A stretch of DNA of 64,000 nucleotides from Chlorokybus atmophyticus (taxonomy: Eukaryota > Plantae > Mesostigma and Chlorokybus algae): contig RHPI01002069.1 in NCBI GenBank assembly GCA_009103225.1, forward strand, positions 1,946,846 to 2,010,845, in the 5' to 3' direction. Below are positions 35,758 through 49,913 of the stretch, in pieces (the first letter of the stretch is position 1; each line of letters opens with the position of its first letter). The notes beneath the pieces are model-generated. The model worked only from the letters and a program-made list of their open reading frames with translations. It was not told the origin of the DNA and made no database searches. A program made the translations under genes and the position numbers.

Positions 35758-37764
35758 TCAACGCACGCAGCGGTCCACCTCAACATCAGTCGAACCGCAG
35801 CAACTCCATTGGCCGCCGAGCTCCTTGCCAAACTGCCAGTGGCCGGAATGTAAATGGCAAAGCATGGATTCAGGATCGGGACTGCCGCAGCATGTCCAAC
35901 CGAAGTTCCAGAAAAAGGGGAACGCTCCATCCTGCCACCTCCCTGCACAGACACACAGAACAACATCACAGCCTTGCGCAAGAAACACTACACAAGTCTG
36001 TTGTGTGAAGCCACTGCAAACCTGGGTGTCTTCGTCTTCCTGGGGGTACATAGACTGCTCGTGCTGTAGCGTGTTGTTGTTCTTGTTTAGCTCCGTATGT
36101 ATATGTAGCTGCGGAGGCTTGTTGATGTTCATGTTGTTGCTGTTGTTCTTCTTCAAGTCTCTTGCGCTGCGCTTGCACCTGCTGCTCTTGCATACGTTGC
36201 CCCGCAGCTTTCTCCAGCATTCCTGTAAAGTCCTGAGGAGAAGATGGCAGTCGTATCAAACATGTAACGTGCAGAAACAACCTGTCAAGTCTCAAGTCAA
36301 CTTACTTCGTCATCATCATTGCCAGTGGCGCTATTGATGTCAGACCAGCCAGTGACTCGCGCACGGCACACTGGACAAACCTGCGGGCGTACCAAACACA
36401 TACGCGTGCACGCACACACAGACCACAGCGTGAGCACAAGGACACCACCATCCAACAGTATTGCCGTTGTGCATACATGTGAATGGATGGCATACCGGGG
36501 ACTGCGCTTTGAGGTAGGCTGCGCACGGCGTGCACGTCACGGCGTGCGTGCAAGGCAACAGCCGCGCGTCGATGTTCCCAACCATGCACAGAGCACATCT
36601 CGGTTCATACTTGGAAGACGCGATACCACTTGGGTACGGGAATTTGCCAGTTGCCGGCTTCGATGCCTGCTGCAAAGCAGGATTTGGGTTTGGAAACGTG
36701 CTCTTTGGTCCCGTACTGGAACCTGCATTAGGACCCAAATCCGGGTATGGAGTGTAGCTGGGTTTGGGTTCCACAATATGGCTCATGTTGGAACCCAAGT
36801 CCGGATAGGGTGTGTAGCTCGGCGTGGGCTGTGTATATGGTTTGGTGTTGGGGTAAGGGGTTCTGGATGTGGGTTCCTGTTGTGCAGGTGGGTAGGGAGT
36901 TGAAGCTGTTGGCGTAGGGAGCTCTTCTGCAGGTGGCGCGGATGGCGCGCTGTCGTCCTGCGGTGGGTAGTAGTAGTATGCCTGGTACAGCCCGTGCTGC
37001 TCGGCCTGCTGCTCCAACACCACGATCACCTGAGAATGGTGGAGGATGCTTTTGTTCCTCACACAGATGTGCACACAAATACAGTTACGCATGCTGTTGT
37101 CCTAGTGCACACATCTGAAGTATGCTTCTATGCATCTCGATATATGTATGTGCGCCCACATACCCCATGCGCGCACGCACTCATGCATGCACATGGGGCA
37201 TGCATGAACACGTATGTGGACATATACATCCACGCAAGGGAACCATTCCTGTAGATTAACACACCTGCTGGAGGGGAGTACGGTCCTCAGGGTCGCGCTT
37301 GATGCAGCCTGCGGCGACATCCGCAAGCGCTGTGGCCGTCTCTGGCGGCCACACCACCGAGGCATCCATCAAGTCGAGCGCTTTGCCGGACTTCAACAGT
37401 GGACGCATGCGGCCAACGAGAGAGGGTGGCGAGCGAGCGGAATCATAAGCCAATTGGCCTGTCAGTTGAGCATTCGTAATTTTTAGTTACAGGCATGTGA
37501 TGAGGTGTTTGCATGCGTGAAGATGTCCAAGTAATATACATGTGTGTGCGCGTGTACATGCGATGAAAGACTGCAAATCGAGTACAGTGAGACTCTGTAC
37601 CTGTGAGCAACTCAAGAAGGAAGACGCCATAACTGTAGATGTCGGACATGGCATCGACCTCTCCCGTCTCGTCAAAAACTGGATCGAGGTAACCCGACTG
37701 GGCCGATGGCGCCTTGGAACGCAACGCCATGCCACTGACCTGAACAACGACTCCAATCAACGGC

Positions 37765-37796
<32 letters not shown>

Positions 37797-39217
37797 ACTA
37801 CTGTGTCTCAACCTTAGCATTGTAAGCGTGATCGAGTAGCACGACGCTGCTGTTGAAGTTGCGGTGGACCATTTCCTTTTCGTGCATATACGCAAGGGCC
37901 TTAGCGGCTCCAATGGCAATGTGCAATCGGGTTCCAAAGAGCAGCGGCGGCATACCATTCTGATGGTGAAGCCTATCACCTGTTTATGATACACAACACC
38001 AATTGTACAAGTGATTTTGTAATGTGAAGTAGTAGTCGTCTTGCAAACCTGTGCTGCCGTTGCGGGCGTGTGGGCGTACCACATGTAGAACAACATCTAA
38101 CGCATCCTGTTCTCCATGGGACATGCTTTCAAGTGAGACACACTTACCAGCATGTATGCAAGCAACATGTGCTTGACAATATTGACCTTACCTTATGTAT
38201 GCAGACGCCAACAACAGGCAGGATGTTCTGATGCTGCAACTGGGAGTAAGGTTCCAACCTTGCAATGAGCAAATCCGCCCCCTGCTCACGGACTTTAGTA
38301 TCAACAAGATGTATGCTGCAACATTGGGCATACCATGCTGAAGTATGGTGTGGACATTGCTTGGACCATGCATACTTGCTATACGCGCTTGATGTGTGCA
38401 TATTCGACAATGACCGACACAAGAACAACATCGTTTATCTCTACCTCATTGGAATTGAGCTGCATGCGCTTGATTACCACCTGTCGCCCTTGAAATGAAC
38501 CTAGGAAGGTCTCATTGCCGTGCTGGTCCCTGTTGATGACGCCGTCGGGCGAGAAGTTGTTCGTTGCGGTTTGCAGATCTCTGTAGTCCAGCCGTGCAAG
38601 CTGCAAACGTAATGAATCCAGTCACAACTGGCGTGACACATGGAACAACTAAAATATGTGCATGGTGTTGGTTGAGCCGTAATACGTAACCCATATCAAA
38701 GTCACATGTTACATCGACAAGCGAGTTGACCGCAAATTGAATAGAACTGTTGGGCAACGACCTGCTGCTCTATGAAGGACAATCAAACAACAGCAATGAG
38801 GGTTTAAGGACAGAGTGTACATGTCCTATCCAACATTATCCCATCTTTACCTCTCTCCTCCTCCTCTCCTCTCCTCACCCCATCTCACCCCTTCCCCAAA
38901 GCATCCTGCATGGAAACCTCCCATGCTTAACATAACGCAGTCTTGCTTGGCAGGCGCGCACACGCCAGCGTCATACATACACGCCCACGCAACGACAACA
39001 GCATCAACAATGCACGGAGTGACACTAGCTGCCGCAAAGGAGACAACCATGCATGCTTGACACTGAAGTTTGCGGAAGTCATGTCAACAATCGCCTCCTT
39101 GCATGCCAATCCACAGTCGGCGGCACTGACCTTGGGGATTTCATTGGTGGCGGCGGCAGAAGATGCTGCCTGCCTCTCCCTGAGACGGCGCGCCTCGCGC
39201 GACTGATCCTGCCCCAT
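35758..39217 (-). CDS. N-myristoylated RLK/Pelle-like pseudokinase with Pro/Tyr linker, RING finger and two Btk-like Zn fingers (multi-exon; 3' end tentative)
   Basis: MGQDQS start; LDYRDLQTATNNFS; QLQHQNILPVVGVC; RLHIAIGAAKALAYMH..VHRNF; GYLDP..SDIYSYGVFLLELLTG; WPPE.A.ALADVA.GC..DPEDR; RING CALC..LLPCTHAVTCTPC; HPGRW..WTCC..C and HSGHW..WSCC..C. Confidence 0.82.
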
Positions 39218-41169
39218 GCCACCCACTCACCCTCCTTTCCCCGCTGCTCCTTCCGCCTCGCTGCTCCTTCTCCTTCTCCAGCTCCTTGCTCCCCTCCGAC
39301 TCCTTCCTCTCCTCTGGCTCTTCTTCCTTCTCCTCCTCGCCCTCCTCCGCCGCCTGCCCCAGCCAGCTGCCGCCAACACAGCGTTACTGCAGTGCCTTGC
39401 ATACTTTGCACATGGGAGTTTTTTTTGTGAGTTCGATGCCACGTCATCCTTCAACACTGACCAAAGCAGAGCTCAGCAACTGGGTGTCTGAAAAGTGGTG
39501 GGTACTGGGCCAAAAGTGGTGGGTACTACTGGTGGCACTGCTGAACTGTGTCCTTTCCGCAAGCGGTTGAAACTAGCATGTGGAACTGCATGGCCTTATG
39601 TAAAGCATGCATACAGCAGGCTAAGTGTCACAGGGATGTTCACCCCGCTGTCATGCTTAGCTTAATAGGGTAATGCTCGGGTTAATAAGGTACTCCACCA
39701 GAGCAAAGCGAACAGAGGGGTGCAACATGTGGGGATTGCGCATAACTAGGTGGGGATCGAGCTGTCTAGGCGGCCTGTCCGTCCTGTCGTGCATGCCGTT
39801 GGTGCTTCCCTCTGGCGTTTAACCTTTTCTTCCTTGCGCTCTCCCTACGCTCTGCAGGTTGTTACCACTGCTAGCCTGCTGTCCTCCCTGCCTGCCACAA
39901 CTTGTAATTCTGTCTTGGCCCCCACAATTGTGTGCATTGTTTCCTGCCTGAATTCTTTTACACCGTTGCATGCTACTTGCCTACTATGGAGTTGCTTTAC
40001 ACAACCCTTGTGTGTTATGTAAGTAGACACAGCATAGCACGCCAGCAGGCGATTGCTTTGAAGCCAGCACAACAACCACGCCAACAACCTTAGCTAAACC
40101 GGGCTGAGGGGACAGTACGTAATGTGTGTGATAGCAAACAATGTTGGAGCTGGATTTTAATCCGCGATGCCCGCACGCAGTCCCTTCTCGTCGCAATTGA
40201 TACAGTGCACAAATTGTGCAATTACACGAACATCAAAAGCTAGTTTCGGGACATATAAGGTTCAAGGTACGGGGCAAAATGATAATTGGGGCTTTGAAGA
40301 TGGCGAGGTGAAAAGTTAGATTATGACATGCAAACCACTGATTTTTAATGATACCACTACCATGCTTATTTGACCGCCCTGTGTGTGTTCTCTCTAGTTT
40401 CTCTACTAAATATTGCTTGGAATGGGTGCCTGTTGCAGGGAAAGTCATCCGTCCACTATGTGCCAATTGGTCTTCATGTGATGGGCATTGTATGCACACT
40501 GTAATGTCGGCGTCTTACCACTAGGCTACGGTAGTAAAAGTCGCTGCCGTAGGGGGAGCCACACATGCCTCATATATGTCCTATACCATATATGCTACAC
40601 ACTCAGAGTAGATGCGCACAATGGACACTGATATGTGTGCGCGGGATATGTAGTGATCTGATAACAACTTTGCATTAGATTATGCAGCGTCTTTGCACCC
40701 TGGTTGAGCCATGCAAAACATACCCTCAACGTTCTTTTGTACACTTGGTCTCGTACATCATTTGCACAGCGACACGCCTCAACACATCTGCGTAAGGAGC
40801 ATAGCATTCGTCAACGCCATCAGCGAACATTTTGTCAACCATGCCATGACTCTGTCGAATCCATGCTTGAGCAACTCCGGAGTTAGCTACATGCTAAAGA
40901 GGGTGAAACAGTGCAGCTATAAAAATGTGCAGGCACACGTGGACATAGCTATTGTCCATGGTACTTGATAATATAACCATTTCGTTTTCAAGCAAGCCCA
41001 ATCTGCGGCATACAAAATCCTGGCAGTGTAGTTCAAGCCGGTCTTCACACTACTAGTTGATAACCTATTGCAAGCTATAGCAAACAGTTACAAACGGATA
41101 TGAAGGTGTCATACCCATTACAGTTATCAAAACAACCCACAGTCTTCACTTCTGCACCGCTGTCTATCT

Positions 41170-44100
41170 CTATCTGACTGAAGCCGCTTCAACCTCTTGC
41201 AGCTGCTCTTGCTGCTCTTGTTTGTTGTTCCTTCGGTAGCGCAATGCGTGCATTTCTTGGTTGAACCGGCGTTCAAGGGCCTCGAACCCCTCCTCCTCAA
41301 GAAGCTTCTTCATGCGAGCATAGTTCGACGGCGGCTTTGAGAGGGGCCGCAGTACCAGCTTGCTTCTGTGCACGTGAAGCGCCTCAAACTCCCTGCCAGC
41401 CACCTGACAGATGCAAACGTGATTAATACACTCACCCATCACACTATCACAAGCCACTCCCAAGTGCAGTAGCAACATATTACTTTTGTAAGCAGCTGCA
41501 GCATGTCAGCCGGTCGCAGAGTGGTCCCGTCTGATGCGCAGCGGCCAACATAGCGAAGAACCACGGATCCAGCAGGCAGCTTTATGTGATCGGCCACTGG
41601 CGTGGCTTGCGTGCTGCAGAGCTCCAGTTCCAAAAGTGATGCACGCATGTCCATGGTCTGTTTATAAAGCAAAGAGCTAAGTGTAGTGCTTATACTGCAC
41701 GTGCAACAGTCAAAGCTCTCATACAGCACCTTCTTTGCATCCGACTTGGTGGGCTTTGGTACAACCACGCTGTTGCGAGCTAGCAGATCCGCTATCCACT
41801 TGGCGTAGTCAGCGTCTGTGGGCTGTGGCGCAGAGTTGTGTTGCTCATTTTCATCTTCGTGGCCACCATGTGCAGAGCTTGAAGATTGTTCAACAGCCAT
41901 GTAAAACTCTGATGCCTCCAGCAACTGCAACAGACGGACATGTCTACAAATGGCATGACACATGATATGTACAGTCAGGAGACCACACAGCCTTTCATTC
42001 TCACCGTTGGCAGCGTCTCTGTGTACCTGCCGTCCGCGCGCTTAACAGGGATTTCCTCCACACTGTGAATTGGCATGTCTACTGGCAACTGCCAAGAAAG
42101 TCATGCACGAGGTGTGAGCGGTTACACTGCATGTGCACCTCATCCGATATGCATACGGAAACTGTGCAAGGAAGCTGCGTACTTGTTCAGTGAGCTCTGC
42201 GCAAAAGTTGCTGAGGTTCTGCGCCTCAGTGAACTCGATGTCCACAAGCTGCAAAGGACAGCCGCTAATGGTCATTGTCAATAAACATTGTGTTGGAACA
42301 GAAAAATACCCGAACGCCCTTTACCTCGCAAGAGGAGGTGTGGCCTAGGGAGAGGGCCGTAGCAATGGACATGCGGGGCCGCGAGGTAAAACCGCCGTCA
42401 AAGCTGACGGGAAGGGCGGCGCGCCGGAGCGCGCGGTCCAGCAAGCGCAGCACGTCTAAGTGGCCAACGTACACCATCGAGCCCTTCTTCCCGAATGCCA
42501 CGCGCACGCGCTGCACCCGGGCCCTGCGCTGCTCTGGATCGTAATGGCCGTCAAAGACTGGAATCTCTGGCACCTCCGCCACAACTGTTGCGACAGCGCA
42601 CGCTCAACAACGTGTTCATGACTGTTTACTGCAGGCACTGCGCGTTGATGTCTGTTGAGCGACACACTGTGATGCCAGTGCATGCCACCACATCCGCAGG
42701 TGCGAGGTAACGGACAAGACTGATATGCACGTGTGCGTGAGTCTGACTGAATTCACCTCTTTAGTCACACCCATGCAGAGGTGAAACAAATGTGACTTGC
42801 ACATGTGTGACTATCATCAGTGATCAAGCAGTTCGCTTGTGGAAGTTGTAGAACTTGCTCACAACTATCAACAAAACGACAACCATGCTTGCGCAGTAGC
42901 CATACCGTTATCTCCAAAGTCGTCCCCGCAGACGCCGCATTTGGAGCACAGGCCGCTGTGGGAGCAGTCGGGTACGGTGGCGGCCTCGAGGGCACGCTGG
43001 AGATCTGTCTTGAGCCAGGTCTTGCTGACGCCGCTGTCGATGACGTCCCAGGGCAGGGGCGCGTCCAGCCGCGCGTCCGCAAGCGCGCCCCGGTCCAGCC
43101 TACCCTTACCGCCCCCGCCCTGACCCCTGTAGCTTGCGTCCCCGAGCTTCTCCATCACGTTCCACTCACCAATCTCAACCTGTCGTGGTTGTGTGCAGTT
43201 TGGTGTGCGTTGTGATTGTGCTTGTGGCACTGTTGCGAGAGTTGATGCTTTGCATGGCCTCACCTGGCGGTACTTCCAGCCCAAGCCTGCTTCTTCTATG
43301 GCAGTGCCCCATGCTTGGAAAGCTTGCTCGGCACTTGACCACCTACAAAAGAACAACAATTGCATATGGACAATATGCCATTGTCGCACATGCGCCATCC
43401 CATGTGCACACAAGCGAGCAGGCGTGATCGGTCTTGATACCATCCATCATTTGTGGCGCCAAGCTCCCAAGCTCGTCGCATCACCCGTCCTAGGCTGCGG
43501 TCCCCACGCCCGATAAAATCTGTAGGAAGAAGTGCCACAAACTTGCATTGCAACATAATGCATGAACTCAAGACAGTCAAAGCCTTGTTCATCACACCAA
43601 CAACACCCTACCTTCCATGGCTGATATCTGTATTTTTGTATAGTTGATCTTGACATCACGCATCCCTCTGAATGCGGTCTTCAGCATCTGCTGCTTTCGC
43701 CTGAACTCCTCTGTTGACACTGTATGCCTGTCATGTCACTATCTGATGTCATGCGTACACAGCAAGCTTATACCACCACCACTAGCACAGGATGTTACCA
43801 TTGGAATGGCGTGTGCGGCTTCGGCGTAAAGTTGCTGATTGTCAGATGCACCGCAAGCCTTTTGAATCCGCGTCGGCATGCACTTTGCAGCCACTGTTGA
43901 AGAAAAACGTTATCACATAACAAAAAAGATGTGAATGCTTGTTGATCCTGAAGCAACACTTGGCGAACAGCAGCCATACCTGCACTGTATCTACGATACC
44001 CATGATGTCCTCATCCGTCTCACCAGGGAGACCAATCATAAAGTAGAGCTTGACCTGACATTTGACGCACAACATGAAGGCAAGCAAACTTGGTATGACG

Positions 44101-47100
44101 AATTCGTTTACGCACCTGTCGCCAGCCAAGATCCCATGCAGTCTTGACACCGCGCATCAACTCCTCATTGGTTAGCCCCTGCGGTGTACTGTTAGATAAG
44201 TGCAAGCCTCCAAACGAAGGTTGATATCAGATTGTTGTATTGTGAATGAGCCACAGCTAGCTTGCAACCTTGTTGATGATGTCGCGCAATCGCTGAGTGC
44301 CAGCCTCAGGTGCAAAGGTCAGGGAGCCCTGTTGTCAAGAATGATGACAGAGAAGCCAACATTAGCATCGGTCTTGATCAACGCACACATGTTGGTTAGG
44401 ATAACGTAACTCGCAGACCTTACTGTTGCCTCCCACTATGTTGGCAATGTTCTCGTCAAAGCGGTCAACGCGCTGACTGGGCAATGCGAGCGAGATGTTC
44501 TCATTCTTGAGACGGTTCTTGATCTGCACACAGAGCATTGACTACAAGCACAACATGACTTTGCAACACTTTTAGTAACACAAGTTACCTCAAGTCCCAC
44601 GGCAGGCAAAGCAAGGTAATCAGAACAGCTGAGGGACAGCAGCGTGAACTCATCATAGCCTGTTTTCCTGGCAAACACGCGTAACTTGTCAAAGACAGTC
44701 AACACCACATCATCAACATATTCAATACGTCAGCTTCACCCATTGACCTCATGCCTTCTTCCACCGCTTGCACAACAGCATCTGGATCCACATCGCGTGC
44801 TGGGCGAGTCAACATGCCAGCTGCAGCAACCAACACCAGTTCAATTGTCAAGAAGAAACACATGATTGCAGAGCCCACTTGCCAAACTGCATTTGCTTTC
44901 TTACGCTGGCAGAAACGGCAGCCTCGAGTGCAACCGCGCCGGATCTCAACCACCAACCTGTCATGCACTGCGAGTTGGAACCGTATGTGAGCTCGTGCGA
45001 CATATCAGAGTGTCAACAAACTTAAGCTGCACAGAGTACTACCTGTCTCTACAAAGGGCACGAGGCCGATCTGCTTCATCGGGTCGGGCTGCACACAACC
45101 AGCTTGCATGAAGTCAATGGGAGACCATAGTAAGCAAAGAATGGCAAGAATGCTGCACGGTGTAACACTTACTGCCGACACTCTGCGTATCACACGCTCG
45201 GGTACACCTTCCCGAACAGGGAATACAGCACCCCCCCACCTACACAAGAACCATCATCAGCGTCATCAGGGGCATGACCCACCATGCGGCAATGCGTGCG
45301 CAGTAGCATGAGTAACATACCCGGCAGGGGCTTCATAGAACTGGGGCACGTACACGCCCTTGACTGTTGTCGCTAATCGGTAAAGAGTTTCAATGCGCGA
45401 AAGCCCCTTTGCTTTGCAGCCTTTCAAGCACTGACCGATCTCAGGCAGAGCATCCTGGTTGTAACAGACATTGAATTCTGCTCAACATCTATTGGGAGTA
45501 GCAAGTATTAAGCGGGTAACACCTCTCACCTCCCCGTCACCGATAGCAAAAAAGTCAAAGAAATCAGAGAAGGGCTCCGGGTTGGAGGTCGCAGTTGGTC
45601 CCCCTGCAATACGGTTTTGTGTATACTATCATCAGTAGTGTAGTCATCTTGATGCAATCTCCTCACTGCATGCGGTAGTTCATGGCCTTGAAATAAAAAC
45701 TACTCTCATCAGCAACTCAATGCGCATGAACCCTCTTCTCTCTCTAGATTGCATATGAACCAACACACTGCCTTGTACCTGCAAACACAAATGGTAGGTG
45801 GCTTTTGCTGATGCTGGGATTTGCGAACCCTTGCGTGTCTGCTTGGTTTCTCTCCTGCCATGTCAACGGGATGCCAGACAGGGACAACATTTCCAGCACG
45901 TTGGTGCCGCCAAGCTCGTAACTGAAAGGCGCGATGAAGAAACCGCAGTTGGCAGCTTGCAATGGTTCATGTAAAGCAAGCGTCTCTCACCTCAAACTAA
46001 AGCCAAGAGCGTCAAAGTTTTTAAGTGAGCGCTTTGACTCCACAGCAAACAAAGGCTGGTACATGGCACAGTTCAGCGCATAAGACAGCAAGCTCCCGCG
46101 CATACATGAGCCCACTTTGCAACATCATTAACGCAAAACAACTGACCCTGTTGTGGCGTTTCAATGCTGCGACCATGTCGTCAGCTGGCATGTAGCTTCG
46201 ATCGCAGAGCAAGCCTTCCTCTTCATTCAAAACCTATCAGATATGAAAGCCCTGCTTGATAGTGACAGCAGAGACCAACCATTGTTCGAGTTGATGATGA
46301 GCACATGTGCGCACTTACTGTGTACAGAACTATGTGGCCCAAGTTGCTGGCACCAACTTCGTACACTTCAGGGTAAGTCAAACAGAACCTCACTGAGGCA
46401 GAGTCCCACGGCTTGTGAATGGCGCCGAGCTCGTTGCCTAGATAGCGCGCTGGCTTCATGAGCCTGTGTCGCAAGTGCAATGGGCATCAACACTCCTTTC
46501 ACAGCATGTGCATGATGTCATGCATTACAGACAAGTGCTACATCAGCCATCACAAGCCTGACACGTGCAATGCGCCCAATGCATGTATTGACTGTGAGCA
46601 GACGCTTCCTCGTGTGCCATGCATTGTGATGCGCTCAGTTCTGCGTGAAGTATTGTAAATGGTAAGCGCAGAGTATGTACAGGCTGCGTGACATACGCAC
46701 ATCGCATCCATCCAACCCACAAGGGTGACTGTGATTATTTGAATGTGACTTGCAATGTAGGACATTAGCATCATTAGCAACAAGCATCACGCGTGCTGGC
46801 CTGCGGCTGAGTCCGGTGACCTGGTTGCAGGAATGCAAGTATATAAACAAACACAATCGTCACGACGGAGACATGCAAGAACCTTGCGTGCAAACAAATT
46901 CTTCTTTCATGCAGAATGACAGCACATTGGTGTGCAACACAATGCAGTGTTGCAGTACATTTACGTAAGTAGGAGCTGCCCATCAACAAACTCACTTGAC
47001 CCATTCCTTCTTTGGAATGCCCGCTGGCAGGTCATCATCCAGCACAAGCTGATGCTTCAACCCCTCCAAGCCAGCTGGCTCAACTGCCAGGGCAGCGTTT

Positions 47101-47276
47101 GTTGGCCAGCAGCTCCGCCGCCTCCTTCCATTAACTCTCCCTCTGCGGAGGCGCAGCTCCTGCTGCTCGGCCCTTCGGCCAGCTGCACAGCCGTGGCAAC
47201 ACGTCACTGCAGAAGCGAGAGCTGAGACACCAGGCCCGAGACATACCGGCAGCACCGCCGCCGCCGCCGCCATCAT
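41170..47276 (-). CDS. Plastid-targeted radical SAM protein, TIGR03960-type fused to a TIGR03936/DUF2344-type domain (multi-exon)
   Basis: Ala/Arg-rich transit peptide; KPARYLGNELGA..YPEVYEVGASNLGH; GPTATSNPEPFSDFFDF..GDGE; EIRRGCTRGCRFCQ (CxxxCxxC); KLYFMIGLPGETDED; F.PKPHTPFQW; LPWD.ID; Cys cluster CSHSGLCSKCGVC; YVGHLDVLRLLDRALRRAALPVSF.GGF..RPRMS. Confidence 0.9.
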
Positions 47277-48212
47277 GCTGGTACACTGGCGTAAGCTACT
47301 GCACTGACAGACCCCACCAGAAATCGGAGCTGCTGAGACTTGACTCTCATCCTGAGAGCCAAGACTTGGGCTCGAGTTCAAGGGCGAACGTGAACGTGTA
47401 TGCAGTTGCACAAGTGACTTACAGACTGAAAGTTGCAATGAAAGAGAAGAGACCGTTGCTGTGACTGCAATTGATGGTTCACCATGCCCTCCTGGGAACG
47501 CATGTTACAGCTGTTGGGGTGCTGTGAACGTAGCTTATGCTGTTGTTATCGCTAGCAGCTTGTCGTGTAGACTTGTGCGGTGTCAGGAAAACTCGGTTAT
47601 CAGCCAATGAATGGCTGCCTGCGCATACGCATACGCATGGCACACGCGCATGCGCGCAAACACAAGTGTGTGTTGTTGGGCACAGATGCACGCAGATGTG
47701 CCCAAGACACACATGTGCGTTTTGTGCCTATAGGTACGCAGTCTTGCACTCACATTCAGGGCGCAGCACAGAGCACTAACCAATGGCAAGCATGCGTGAC
47801 ATGGTACTTACACGACTGCAGCTTAATGCATGACAGAATGTGCTGCTTGCAATGCCAACAATGGATGCTGTCCCACCGCTGTCGCAAACATGTGCCCGCA
47901 CAGATGCATGCCTGTGCAACCACTGGGAAAGGTGACGTGTACATATCAATGTTGTCACATACTGCAGCCTCAAAGCACACAATGTAACCCATGTGTACGT
48001 ATAGTTTCGTGACCATGCAAATGGCAACGCACAACAGCAAATGCTGCCACCACAAAGCCTGCAAGTCCAGCACCAGGCTGCTCATGTGTGACAGCTCAGA
48101 GTCGAGTCGTACACAACATCTTTGTTGCAAAAAAATGGCTGTGCATTACACAGCATGCTACAACAGTTATCAAAGCCACAGTATTCTAACAGTCAATGTG
48201 TTTGATCAAGGC

Positions 48213-49913
48213 TTACGAGAGAAACAACTCCTCGCATTGCTTTCTTGTATCGTTCGGGCTGGTGACCGTATGCCCAACTGTTCTCTCGCTTTCAAAGATC
48301 TCATAGTCATTACCACCCTGTGCGAAACCGCAGGTTCAACCATAATGAGTTGTATACACCAAGTTCATCTCACAGAGACCAACCAAGAAAGTGTACCTTG
48401 TATGTCTTGTCACCAAAGAAATGGATCTCCTTGAAGTCATCAAGGTACCGCAGGCAGAAGGTTTTGTCCCAACCAGAGGGGAATACCTGGTGGTGCGCAA
48501 TGCTTGTGTCACGCTTCATGAGGCAACGCATGGCAGAAAAATTGGCCTTAAAGTATAGACTGACAAACTCACATCAAAGCTGATCTGCCCTCCAATTGAG
48601 TACGTCAAGTTGAGGTGCGCAAACTTCTCTTGAAGGACCTTGACCATGGCTGACCTCACATTGTGCACCTGTGGAGTCAAATGTAAACAAGGCGCTCATG
48701 CGGCGTGTCATATGCAGTTAACATGAGCAACACGAGCGTGGGTTGATGTACTTCGCACTGCATCCAGAACATACAGTGTGAGTTCTGACCTTGTCGTACT
48801 GCTCAAACTCATCTCGTTCTATCTGACTGCAGTTCCTTCCAATGGGCGACACGTTAAGCATGCCCATGCGGAACTCAATGAATGTGCCACTGCACACGGA
48901 ACCCCACGTCATCGCATTGTAGCGTGTTGTTTGTACAATGCAATCAACCCCATAAGGGCAAGGCCACATGGTATGTGCCACGATGCACTCGACAATTGTT
49001 ATTGAAGTACCTACCGTTTGATTGGGATGTCCATGTCCGCAATGTAGTGCAACACGAAGTTGATAAGAGACTGCAAAGTACAGAAGCTGATGGATGCTGA
49101 GCAGGTTCGTGTTGCTTAGCCCAATCACTCAAGCTGCCTCATGGAGCATAAAAAGTTGCAACCACTCACCTTCAAGTTGTCCTCACCCATGTGGGTTCTG
49201 ATGTCCTGCATGCAATCAGTCAGTGTAAAAAAAGAATATTGAGTTTCCATGGTAGTCATTGTCAAACCACACTTGTACTGACCGTCTTTTCAATGAGGTG
49301 GCCTGCTTTGTGAGCCACAAGACCGTTCTCGGAGAAAACATAGTCAAAGGCTTGGAGAGCTGCAAGCACAAACGAGCATGTCATGCAACCACCCAGTGTG
49401 CAGCACCGTAAACATGACCCAGGACACATTGCCCGCGTGTAGTCCTTACTGTTAGCACCAAGCTGCTCCGAAATCTTCACCAGATCCGAGCCTCCGACTA
49501 TGCCTACAGTGACGTGCTGCAGAGAGAAGTAACACTCAACATGTGACAGATCATCTTCTGCTAGGCCCCAACTATCCAACAATGCAGATGCACTACTAGC
49601 TGTCACAGCATATCCAAGCTCAGCGGGACACTCAAAGAGCCTAAATGTCAACGAAAGTAGCACACCTGGCGCAGCTGTTGCATGAACTCCAGCATTTCGG
49701 GAGTGGCAGCCTGCGCAGGCGAGTCACTGGCGTGTGAGCACTTGCAATGTACATGGTTACCATATGTCTCAGGAATGTTGAGCAGGCAGAAGCATAGTAG
49801 CTTGTCGCACATAGCATGCTACCACCGACTTCAATGCAACACCGTACATTGCGAGGCTTGGTTAACGTGCCATCCACGTCGAACAGCGCAATGACACCCT
49901 CCTTCTTGCCCAT
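48213..49913 (-). CDS. PMM: Phosphomannomutase (HAD family, multi-exon)
   Basis: [91 protein letters not shown]. Confidence 0.97.
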
